From Octopus sinensis (taxonomy: Eukaryota): a DNA stretch of 64,000 bases. The notes beneath the pieces were generated by a model that saw only the letters and a program-made list of their open reading frames with translations, was not told the DNA's origin and did no database searches. A program made the position numbers and the translations under genes. Of this stretch, positions 26,019 to 37,973 are shown piece by piece. Location of the stretch: NCBI RefSeq assembly GCF_006345805.1, contig NC_043001.1:28830001-28894000 (forward strand), read 5' to 3'. Each line of letters opens with the position of its first letter. Within the stretch, counting starts at the first letter, position 1.

Positions 26019-27382
26019 GTGTGTGTGCATGCACGCATATTGTATATGCATGTGTGCACACACATTATTATCCTCCTCCTTATCATCCTTTAACGACCAT
26101 TTACCATGCTGGTATGGGTTGACATATATATATAATGGAGAAATTATACAAAATGTATAAATAGATGCTGAGTAAAGCACCGGCACAGTTTCGATTACCT
26201 GTTGTTATCTGTAGATTTATTGTAGGAACATCATAGTGATGGCTAGAGTAACAGTATTGATAAAATAAATGGGAGGAGAAAAGATTTTATTGGGTACGAT
26301 ACATGTTTCAACCTGTTCTGGGTCACTTTGAGTACATCAATAACAAGAGTTCCATTTAATCCGAACAATAGAACAGTCTGCTCATGAAATTAATGTGTAA
26401 GTGGCTGAGTGCTCCACAGATATGCATACCCTTAACATAGCTCTCAGGGAGATTCAGCACGATACAAAATGTGACAAGGCTGGCTCTTTGAATTACAGGT
26501 ACTACTAGCAGGTAAATGACCATGTAGAGATACCCTCATTGGGTCGAGAAGAAAATGTGATAGGTATTGCTAAAGCCCTTTCCAAAGGTTTTAACAATGG
26601 AAGTGATGAGGATAGACTTCTATCATAATACTATCTCACCTTGCCATAGGCTGACCTTTTATTGCATGCAGCTTGCTATATAACAATTCAATTTTAATTG
26701 TTTCATTTAGCTGTTAATGATAAATTTCACTAAAGGTAGGACTATTACAAAAAAATGATCAAATTATATTATTTGCACCAGTGAGAGAGTATCTATGCAG
26801 TCTCTCATCATACTGGAAATATCAGCTAAATCTCCCTCAAATTACTGTTGTTGCGATCTGTAGGTTTGTTGATCTGTAGTGGTGACTATTTGAGTTTATG
26901 AATGAAATTGTTCCTTGGGATGTGCATAGAAATAACTGAACAATACTCACGGACATTTAACAGAAGATTTTTATTATTGCACATAAAGACAAACTGTGTT
27001 GACCTTTTACAGATGACAACAGCAATGATTACAAACTGGGAGAGAGATACTGCTTGGCAAGCTATTGATATGACAACATGCAGCTTGGATGAATTTGTTC
27101 TCGGAACGTGAAACCAGAAGAAATTCTGCCAAGCATTTTGTTCAGTGTGCTAACAATTCTAGCAAGTCGTCACCTTTAATAGTTTCGAAGTTTGTCATGA
27201 GGCCAGAAATTTTTTTGAAGGAAGGGGATTAGTTGATTACATCGAAACCCCACTCCAATCATCCTCCCCTCCAGTGTTTAGCTGTTAGTTTTATTAACAG
27301 CGGAAGTATGAAAGGCGAAGTTGACTTCGCTGGCATTTTGAACACAGAATGTAAAGGGCCAGAAGAAGTGCTGCTGACCATT

Positions 27383-27794
27383 GGATCTTTTCGGTTTGAA
27401 CGGCTGTTTTTTCTAGCGGTGTCATATGAAATTGTTACCCATAATTATGACCCTAGTATCGATCTATTGCATTTCAATCGGCGTTAGGGTTAGGGGTGAG
27501 GGGAAGGATATCTTTTTTCTTCACAAATGTAAATAAACCCAATCTGTTTTTTAAACGAGGGACATATTCATACGGCACAGAATGTTTTTTTTAACTTAAT
27601 AGACGTCATTGATTGGTTGAAATTGCAGAAATTGAAGAAAAACAACAACAAATATCTTACAAACTATAGAATTTTCTCAATAAAGCCACGAGAAAAAGAT
27701 GTTTAATAAACACATTCTACCAGTATACGAAGTTTAAAATTTTTTAGTTACCTAGAAATTATGTTAAAAACTGCCGTTCAAACCGAAAAGATCC
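27383..27794. mobile_element. MULE-like MITE, copy 2
   Basis: Same TIRs as 15372-15796; perfect 9-bp TSD CTGACCATT (27374-27382 and 27795-27803). Confidence 0.85.
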
Positions 27795-28489
27795 CTGACC
27801 ATTTTCATTGCCTTACAATAAAAGCAATAAAAGTAGTAACAGTGACATCATGAACAACAACAACAACATTGGGAGTTTTGCGACGAATTTTTTCATATTG
27901 GATATAAGGGAGATAATTTCTAAGGGAAATAACTACTTTTTCCTTTCATAAAAATGAATTTATTGGCATTAGATTTAAGGGAGATAACTTTTAAGGGAAT
28001 TAACCCTTTTTTGTATTTTTTTGTATCTATGAAAAATGTATGAAACATATTTGATCAAAATTTCTTTCATGCAGAAATATGTATATCATCGTCGTCGTCG
28101 TCGTCGTTACCATCATTTAATACCTATGTTGCCCACTGGCATGGGTTGGATGATTAGAAAAGATCTAACTAGTCCGAGGGCTGTGTTGGCAAGGTTTCAA
28201 TGGCTGGATGCCTCTTCCAAAAGTCAACCACTTTACAGAGTGTGCTAGGTGATTGTTTTCACGGCACCAGCCTTAGTGGGGTCACCAAACAACTTGCAAA
28301 ACAAAACCCTTTCACAAAGTTGGGGTTCAGTATTGAGAGAGATGGCTTTACACCAAGTGTAGAGAAGTTAAAATAGGAAAGAGGGACAGGAATAGGTGTC
28401 TTGCTAAAGAGAAAATACATGGGTACCCCCAAAAGAAGGGAAGAAAGGATGGCAGAGATTAAGTATCAGTGTGTACCCTCATTCTTTTA

Positions 28490-28878
28490 TTCTTTTCTTT
28501 TCTTCTATAATTTGTTTCAGTCATTTGGCTGTGGTCATGCTGGAGCACTACTTTTAGTCGAACGAATCAACCCCCAGGACTTATTCTTTGTAAGCCTAGT
28601 ACTTATTCTTTTGGTTTCGTTTGCTGAACTGCTATGTTACAGGGACATAAACACACCAACATCGGTTGTCAAGCGATGTTGGGGGAGCAAATACAGACAC
28701 ACACCCACACATACATACGATAGACTTCTTTCAGTTTCCGTCTACCAAATCCACTCACAAGGCTTTGGTTGGGCCGAGGCTATAGTAGAAGACACTTGTC
28801 CAAGGTGCCACGCAGTGAAACTGAACCTGGAACCATGTGGTTGGTAAGCAAACTACTTATCACACAGCCATTCCTGCA
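28490..28878 (-). mobile_element. SINE family A copy
   Basis: Match to family A. Confidence 0.75.
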
Positions 28879-28903
28879 ACAGTATAATTTTTTTTTTATA
28901 TAG

Positions 28904-29284
28904 ATAGCAGTATCGCCCGGCGTTGCTCAGGTTTGTAAAGGAAATAACTATAAACATTTTTAGAGAGTTTATAGCAAAAAATAGCGAAAAAATGGGAAAA
29001 AATGATGGTAAATTTTTTTGAGAGTAAAAAAAGGTGGAGTTGCGTCCCCTAGACATTTTGCGGTTTGTGTTTCTGATTCTCGACCCCATGTCGAATTTAT
29101 CGACTTTTTTTCAGAACTGGGGAACTTTTCAAAATTTTCACTGCGTTAGTTTTGAATTATGACATTGGGCTATGTGTGTGTCAAGTTTCATCAGAATCGG
29201 TTGAAAGCCGTGGTCAGAGTGAGGGTACGAGAAAACAGACACACCAAACACGCACAGACAAACTGCCGTTTATATAGAGAGAGA
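28904..29284 (-). mobile_element. Non-autonomous Helitron-like element
   Basis: Inverted near-copy of 29374-29752; 5' TC, 3' CTAT (CTAG variant) with GC-rich subterminal hairpin. Confidence 0.65.
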
Positions 29285-29373
29285 TGGCTGGAGTTCATTA
29301 AGAATATATAAAATTTACTTGAATTTAAGGCTGGATATGTGAAAAACCATTGTAACCGTTAGTGAAGTTTTCA

Positions 29374-29752
29374 TCTCTCTCTATATAAACGGCAGTTTGT
29401 CTGTGCGTGTTTCTGTGTGTCTGTTTTCTCGTACCCTCACCCTGACCACGGCTTTCAACCGATTCTGATGAAACTTGACACACACATAGCCCAATGTCAT
29501 AATTCAAAACTAACGCAGCGAAAATTTTGAAAAGTTCCCCCAGTTCTGAAAAAATCGATAAATTCGACATGGGTCGAGAATCAAAAAAACAAACCACAGA
29601 CTGTCTAGGGACGCAACTCAACCTTTTTTTACTCTAAAAAAAATTTACCATCATTTTTTTTCCATTTGTTTGCTATTTTTTGGCTAAACTCTCTAAAAAG
29701 GCTTTATAGTTATTTCCCTTACAACCTGAGCAACGCCGGGCGATACTGCTAG
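29374..29752 (+). mobile_element. Non-autonomous Helitron-like element
   Basis: A|TC 5' end, CTAG|T 3' end, subterminal GCAACGCCGGGCGATACTGC hairpin, 5' GTCT/GT microsatellite. Confidence 0.7.
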
Positions 29753-30200
29753 TTCTCTTATAAATATGATTCAACACTGCATCTTGTCTTGAGTGTTTTT
29801 TTCTCCTTACTTGCACCGTTTTTTGTGCCATAATGGAATAGTCCTCAAAGTGACAAATACTAGCTTCAACCTCAATGCCTTTTGAGATTGGTACGAGGGA
29901 GAGAGACCTAGCCCGATGCTTATGATGGAGTGGACTCTACCAAAGGTACCAAGAGACTAGGTAACGGTATTGAACTGTGCAGCTGATTAAGTCTGCCATC
30001 CAAGGAGTTTATGGCAAAATTGGAACTCAGAATGGTTCCCCCTGCATACTGCCTTCCTCCTCCTCCTCCTCCTCATCATCATCATCATCATCACCACCAC
30101 CATCATCATCACTATCATCATAACCACCGCCACCGCCACCATCACCACCACCACCACCACCACCACCACCACCATCAAATCCTAGGCATTATTATCTGTC

Positions 30201-30245
<45 letters not shown>

Positions 30246-31606
30246 TCTGTGTTCATTCCTCCACCATCGCTTGGCATGTAAGTGACTGAAATCACAACAT
30301 CCCCCTCCCCCATAAAGAGGATACCAGTCCATTGCAGGGTTACTCATTTACAGCCGAGTGGACTGAAGCAATGTGAAGTGGAAGTATTTTGCACAAGAAT
30401 CACAGTGCACCTCACGGTACAGGAGCAGAAATCATGACCTTGTGATTTTGAGTGTGACACTCTAACCCCGGCCTGCCACACTAGACTGGTACTTTATTTT
30501 ACCGAACCTGGAAGGATGAAAAACAAAGCTGACCTCAGATGGACATGAACTCAGAATGCAAAAAGCAGGAATTAATGCTGGAAAGCATTTTGTCTCATGC
30601 TTGCCAACTCTGCTTCATTTGCTTCCTATGTTAAAGACCAAACATATTTACACTTAGGGTTAAGTGTAGGGGGGCTCTGAAAGGGGTCTCAGAGAGTAGT
30701 GTCGCTGTTTTCTTGAGCTAGTTTTGTACCACATTTCTTAAAAATCGTGGTAGAAGCCTTGATCTCAGGCCACTCATGTCTAGAAATTGAAGTTGTGGGT
30801 AAGCAAGGGCATGCTCCCCGTAGAAAATCCAGCTCCAAAGAAGTCCCATGATAGCAAAGGAGAATGGGCACCAGCCACCCAGCCCAAAGGTTGGGGTGGG
30901 CTGCACCTGCCTACCTTGGTTGCTATGACATTGAGGTAGATCCAGCCACTACCATTAACGGGGACAAAACCCAGATTTAAAACACTGGAATGATGATGAT
31001 GATGATGATGACGCCAACGACGATGATGATGGTGATGATGATGATGATGATGATGATGAGATGATGATGATGATGATGTTGCATTAATAATAAGCAATGT
31101 CCTAAATTTCTTCAATTCATTATCAAGAATAGCTGTTCTTTCATTATGCAACTATGTGCAGGTATGGCTGTGTTGTTAAGACGCTTACTTAGCAACCATG
31201 TACTTTCAGGTTCAGTCCCACTGCATGGCATCTTTGAGATTGGCAAGAGGAAGAGAAGACAGTTCCACAAGCTAGGGACCCAGCCCAAATGCTTACAACA
31301 TTTATGTGTCTGTGTGTCTGTGTGTCTGTGTGTCTGTGTGTCTGTGCCAACCAATGCCTTATGAGAAAATATGATAGATGGAATTTGTAATCAACTAACC
31401 TGTTCCCCTCCAAAATAATGGTTTCTACCTTTTATCTTTTACTTGCTTCAATCATTGATTTGTGGTCATGCTGGGGCACCACCTCAAAGAGCTTAACCAA
31501 ACAAGTCAATCACAGCATTTATTTCTTTAAGTCTATTGGCCGTCTTTTGGTGAATTGCCAAGTTAAGGGGATATAAAAAATTAACACTGGTTATAAAGAA
31601 GTTGGT

Positions 31607-31904
31607 GGAGGCACATGGACTAGTGGTTAGAGCAGCGGACTCGCGGTCGAGGGATTGCAGGTTCGAGTCTCAGATTGGGCGATGTGTGTTTATTAGTGAA
31701 ACACCTAAGCTCTACACGGCTCCGGCAAAAGGTTAAGGCGAACCTCTGCTGACTCTTTTGCCACAAGTTTCTCTCACTCTTTCCTCCTGCATCTTGCAGC
31801 TCACCTGCGATGGACTGGCGTCCCGTCCAGGTGGGGAACCTATACGCCAAGGAAACCGGGAAACCGGCCCTAATGAACCAGCCATGGCTCGAGAAGGAAC
31901 AAAC
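31607..31904 (+). mobile_element. tRNA-derived SINE with V/Meta-like central domain
   Basis: A-box TGGACTAGTGG, B-box GGTTCGAGTC, CCTGCGATGGACTGGCGTCCCGTCCAGG block, (AAAC) tail. Domain name is from memory. Confidence 0.6.
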
Positions 31905-32781
31905 ATAAAGAAGGTGGGAGGATACACACACACATGCATACACACATGCATGCACACACACACACATGCATGCACACATACATACATACATACATACATA
32001 CATACATACATACATACATACATACACACATGCATACATATACACATAGTTATAGCTTACTGTTTCATTAAGGTAGGACCAACAAAAAATACTACATCCA
32101 GTGACAGATAAATATCATTTAATGTGCACAGTATAAAGATTGAGCTACTAAGAAATCCTTGTCATGAAAACACTGTAATTAGACAGATTTATATGATGTA
32201 CCCTGTCTCTAAGCAATCTTTAGGCTTAGGGAACATGGTTGGTTCTGTTTGAAAACCAGGAGGCTAGTACATGAGAAACCACAAGACAAAAAGAGGAGAA
32301 GGTTGATACAAAAATGAAATGAGAAAACAAAAACTGAATAAAAATAGAAAAAGAAAGGAAAAAAAAGAAAATCAAAAGTTACACCCCCTTCAACCGTAGA
32401 AATATTATTAATCTAACTGGTGTAGAATAATTCCAGACAGCTGTTCAGACTGGAGAGGTGGGTGTCCTTCAGTTTCACAAAAGAAATTTGCCCATGTGCT
32501 TGCATTTGCTTAAAATTTCAGATGTTGAATTAAGTAGTATGGTGGAATTCTTGGATCTAAAAATGTGAAATATTTCAGCTATGCATTAGTTGCATCTCTT
32601 TGATCCATTTACATTTGGCATAGATTTCTCTACGATTCTTTGCTTGATTGTAAGTTGTGTGCAGTTGGTCTTCAGAGCCCATACATGACTAGCCAACATA
32701 ATAGTTTCATTTTTGTCAATGTGTCAGAAAGAGCATATATATATTTATATAGTTATATATACAGTTATTTATAATATGTAC

Positions 32782-33190
32782 ACACAGGTGTGGCTGTATT
32801 GTAAGAAGCTTGAGTTATAACCACATGATGCTGGGTTCAGTCCCACCGTGTGGCACCTTGGGCAAGTACCTTCTGCTGACCAAAGCTTTGTTTGTGGATT
32901 TGGTAGATGGAATGTGAAAGAAGCCCATTGTATATAAACATACATATATACATACATGTGTGTGTATGTGTGTGTGCGTGTGTGTGCGTGTGTGTGTGTG
33001 TGTGTGTTTGTCCCCAACCACCACCACCACCACCACCACCTGAGAACAGATGTTGGTTTCTGTAACTTAGTATTTTGGCAAATGAGACCAATAGAATAAG
33101 TAACAGACTTTAAAAAGCAAAAATAAGAACTAAAAATTCTTCAAGGCAGTGCCCCAGCATGGCCACAGTCTAATGACTGAAACAAGTCAT
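32782..33190 (+). mobile_element. SINE family A copy (diverged)
   Basis: Head GGTGTGGCTGTATTGTAAG..GGTTCAGTCCC followed by family A body. Confidence 0.6.
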
Positions 33191-34137
33191 AAAAAAAAAA
33201 ATGCATACTTATACATATGTATGTGTGTGTGTGTGTCTTGCCAGCCAGAGCTAGTTTGTTTACATCTCTGTAACTTAGCAGTTCAGGGAAAGAGACTAAT
33301 TGAATTGAATAAGTACCAAATTTAATTTCAAGTTTGATACTTGAAGGCTTTAGCTGAACAAATCCCTTCTCCCACTTAAAATTAAGTAAGAGAAGTGATT
33401 TGTTCAATTAAAGCCATGAAGGTAATACTGTAGCATGGTCACAGTTCAATTAGTGACACAAATAAAGGAAGACAAAGAAGATGTTATAGAAACTTTTCAT
33501 GACAGATATATTGGAAAACAGTGAATAAACAATCAATGCTGTTGTAAATAAGCCGCCAGGATGATTATCACAGTAAATTTGCCTTTCATAATGTGTTTAC
33601 ATTATGTATGATACATAGATGGTTAATACTGACTATGTTATATAAAAGACACATTCACACGCATACACTTAAACAGAAACTGTATAAACACGAGTGATTG
33701 ACAAACCAAATAATGGGATTTTTATTGCTTTGTCTGATTGTCAATGATATGTCAATGATATGTCAATTATACTTCTTTCAATTTGGTCCCCATAAACAGA
33801 ATGTTGATTGATTGCCTGTTCATCCCTATTTACATGTGTTTTCTCAATACGTCATCTCCACCAACCACGCTTACCCTCATCCTCTGTTTCTTTTCTTTCA
33901 CCACCCTTAATGCAGAATACAAATATCCCATTGAACAAGTTTATAAAAACAAATTATATATAGTTGTTATATTTAATCTAAAGCCAATTAATTAGGTTCT
34001 GTAAGCATCTTACTTTTGTTAACGAGCTAGTAGAATCATTAGCACACCAGGCAAAATGCTTAGTGATATTTTGCCCCTCCTTATGTTCTGAGCTCAAATG
34101 CTGCAAAGGCTGATTTTACCTTTCATCCTCTCAGGGT

Positions 34138-36103
34138 TCATCATCATCATCATCATCGTCGTTTAGCGTCCGTTTTCCATGCTAGCATGGGTTGGACGGT
34201 TCTACTGGGGTCTGTGAAGCCAGAAGGTTTCATCAGGCCCAGTCAATCTGGCAGTGTTTCTACGGCTGGATGCCCTTCCTAACGCCAACCACTCCGTGAG
34301 TGTAGTGGGTGCTTTTTACGTGCCACCCGCACAGGTGCCAGACAGAGCTGGCAAACGGCCACGAACGGATGGTGCTTTTTATGTGCCACCGGCACAAGGG
34401 CCAGGCGAGGCTGGCAACGGACACGAAACGGGGCGGTGCTGGCAACTGTCGCGAAACGGAAGGTTCTCTTACATGCCACCAGCACTGGTAACACATCTGC
34501 AATTTCCATTGATCGATTTCCATTCTGATCCTCACTTGCCTCAACGGGTCTTCACAAGTAGAGTTTCGACATGCCACCGGCACTGGTAACACATCTGCAA
34601 TTTCCATTGATCAATTTCGATTCTGATCCTCACTTGCCTCAACAGGTCTTCACAAGTAGAGTTTTGTGTCCCAAGAAGGGAAGGTATGCATACGTAGGCT
34701 GGGTCCATCCCAAGTAGAAGGCCACGGGTTATGGACTCACTTGTCCTGCTGGGTCTTCTCGCGCACAGCACACTTCCAGAGGACTCGGTCTCTAGTCATT
34801 TCCTCAGTGAGACCTAAAGTTCGAAGGTCGTGCTTCACCACCTCGTCCCAGGTTTTCCTGGGTCTGCCTCTTCCACAGGTTCCCTCAACCGCTAGGGTGT
34901 GGCACTTTTTCACACAACTATCTTCATCCATTCTCACCACATGACCATACCAGCGCAATCGTCTCTCTTGCACACCACAACTGATGCTTCTTAGGTCCAG
35001 CTTTTCTCTCAAGGTACTTACACTCTGTCGATTATGAACACTGACATTACACATCCATCGGAGCATACTGGCTTCATTTCTTGCGAGCTTACGCATATCC
35101 TCAGCAGTCACTTCCCATGTTTCACTGCCATGTAGCATGGCTGTTCGTACACACACATCATACAGTCTGCCTTTCACTCTGTGCGAGAGGCCTTTTGTCA
35201 CCAGCAGAGGTAAGAGCTCTCTGAACTTTGCCCAAGCTATTCTTACTCTAGCAGTTACACTTTCAGCACACCCGCCCCCGCTGCTGACTTGGTCACCTAG
35301 GTAACGGAACTATCAACTATTTCTAGTTTTTCTCCCTGGAAAGTGACGGAAGTTGGTCTCAGAGCATTTTCAGTGTTTATTGTTCCTGAGCATCTGCCAC
35401 ATACAAAAACCATCTTCCTAGTTAGCCTTCCTTTGACATTGCTGCACCTCTTATGTGTCCATAGCTTACACTTGGTGCATCTTATAGAGTTTCTACCTAC
35501 ACCTTTTCTACAGATCGAGCAGGGCCATCTACCTGAAGGCGTTTGTGATTTGTCTACCTTCCTACTGATTACGACTTTGGTTTTAGCTAGATTGACTCTG
35601 AGGCCCTTCGATTCTAATCCTTGTTTCCACACCTGAAACTTCTCCTCCAGTTCTGATAGCGACTCAGCAATAAGAGCAAGGTCGTCAGCGTAGAGGAGCT
35701 CCCAAGGGCATCCTGTCTTGAATTCCTCCGTTATTGCCTGGAGGACTATGATAAATAGGAGGGGGCTGAGTACTGAGCCTTGGTGGACCCCTACCTCTAC
35801 CCGGAATTCTTCACTGTACTCGTTTCCAACCCTCACCCTACTAGCAGCGTCCCTATACATGGCCCGCACAGCTCTCACTAACCATTCATCTATCCCTAGT
35901 TTCCTCATTGCCCACCAGATAAGGGATCGGGGGACCCTGTCAAAGGCTTTCTCCATGTCAACAAAAGCCAGGTACAGGGGCTTATCTTTGGCTAGGTATT
36001 TCTCCTGCAGCTGCCTTACCAGGAATATAGCATCAGTAGTACTTTTCCCTGGCACAAACCCAAACTGCATCTCATCTAAACTAACTCTCTCTCTAATTAG
36101 TTG
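34138..36103 (-). mobile_element. 5'-truncated RTE LINE (RT, 3' UTR, TGA tail)
   Basis: ORFs 35297-36070 (QFGFVPGKSTTDA, DMEKAFDRV, GVHQGSVLSPLLF, LYADDL) and 34737-35201; nearly identical to the 60973 copy. Confidence 0.93.
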
Positions 36104-36138
36104 ATAAAAATAAATACCAGTTGAACATTGGGGTCAAT

Positions 36139-36489
36139 TATTTATATTATTTACATTCGACGGATATTTGTCCTCATCTTGTTTGTTGTTAACACAACGT
36201 CTCGGCTGATATACCCTCCAAGCCTTCTTCGGGTGTCTTGAGGAAATTTTGAACCTGGGGTTCTCATTCCTAAGGTATTCTTCAATGTTATTATTTTTAT
36301 TATTATTATTATTATCCTTATTATTATTATTATTATTATTGTTCAGGTCTCTGCTTGGAATCGAACTCGAAATCTTGGGGTAAGTAGCCCGTGCTCTTAA
36401 CCACTATACCATATGCCAGTGGGCTATCCGTCGAATGTAAATAATGTAAATAATGTACATAATTCCTCATCTCTTAAATATAGAACTGT
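36139..36489. mobile_element. tRNA-headed, hammerhead-bearing short element with internal inversion
   Basis: 12-bp TSD ATTGGGGTCAAT (36127-36138, 36490-36501); minus strand shows A-box TGGTATAGTGG, B-box GAGTTCGATTCC, (AAT)n and a degenerate HHR at 36191-36237; 29-bp inverted overlap 36138-36166 / 36425-36453. Confidence 0.7.
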
Positions 36490-36659
36490 ATTGGGGTCAA
36501 TGTAATCAACTTATCCCCTCTCCTGAAATTGCTGGCTTTGTGCCAAAATTTGGAACCAATATAAAGCCAATTAACAAAGAAGTACTGTGGTGTATTGATA
36601 ATCCCACATATTTTATCAGTACAGAGTGGATTTTTTTACATGTCTGGTATATTTTGTAC

Positions 36660-37170
36660 ATAGGCACAGGAGTGGCTGTGCAGTAAGAAATTTGCGTCCC
36701 AACCACATGGTTCTGTGTTCAGTTCCACTGCATGGCACCTTGAGCAGTGTCTTCTCCTGTAACCTCGAGCTAACCAAAGCCTTGTGAGTAGATTTGGTAG
36801 ACGGAAACTGAAAGAGGCACATAATATATTTACACACATACACACACACACACACACACAAATATATATATGTATGTATGTATGTATGTGTGTATGTATG
36901 TATGTGTGTATGTATGTATGTATGTATGTATGTATGTATGTATGTATGTATGTATCTATTTGTGTCTGTGTCTTCCCCCTCCCCATTGCTTGACAACCGA
37001 TGATGGTGTGTTTACATCCCTCGTAACTTAGCAGTTTGACAAGAGAGACTGATAAAATAAGTACTAGGCTTGCAAAGAATAAGTCCTGGGGTCGATTTGT
37101 TCGACTAAAGGCGGTGCTCCAGCATGGCCTCAGTCAAATGACTGAAACAAGCAAAAGAATAAAAGAATGT
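36660..37170 (+). mobile_element. SINE family A copy
   Basis: Full-length match with expanded internal (TATG)n. Confidence 0.8.
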
Positions 37171-37973
37171 TTTACTGGATTCAATCATCCAACTATGACC
37201 ACATTGTTTACTTTTTACTTCTGTCAGTCATCATGGCCATGCAGGAGCAATGTCGAATGAATTGAAAACAGTACTTAATTTATCAGTCTCTTTTTGCTGA
37301 GTCACTAAGTTACAGAGATGTAAACAAGCAACAACAGTTGTTAAGTAGTGGCGGGCAACAAACTCAAACACAAAGACACACACACAAATATCATCCCCAC
37401 CACTACCACCACCACCACCACCATCATCATCATCATTTAACGTCTGTTTTTCATGCTGGCATGGGTTGGATGGTTTGACTGAGCACTGGCAAGCCAGGAG
37501 GCTGCACCAGGCTCCAGTCTGATCTGGCAAAGTTTCTACAGCTGAATGACATTCCTTATGCCAACCACTCCGAGAGTGTAGTGGGTGCTTTTTATGTGCA
37601 ATTGGCACAGAATCCAGTCAGATGGTACTGGCATTGATTACACTCGAATGGTGCTTTTTACATGCCACTGGGACTGGAGCCAGTCAGGCAGCACTGGCAC
37701 ACGCATACACACACATACATATGTATTCATGTACACACACATATGTATACTTATATATATATTATACATATACATATATAGGCATAGGAGTGGCTGAGTG
37801 GTAAGTAGCTTGCTTACCAACCACATGGTTCCGGGTTCAGTCCCACTGTGTGGCACCTTGGGCAAGTGTCTTCTACTATACCCTCGAGCCGACCAAAGCC
37901 TTATGAGAGGATTTGGTAGACTGAAACTGAAGGAAACCTGTTGTATATATATATATATATATTTGGCTGGTAT

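Noticed and set aside
26289-26341. Minus-strand GACC..GGTT-GAAAC-ATGT motif
   Set aside because: The 3' half is hammerhead-like but the CUGANGA core is missing; too decayed to call.
31607-31690. tRNA-like sequences at SINE heads
   Set aside because: A/B boxes are present but no complete cloverleaf, and each continues into a repeat body.
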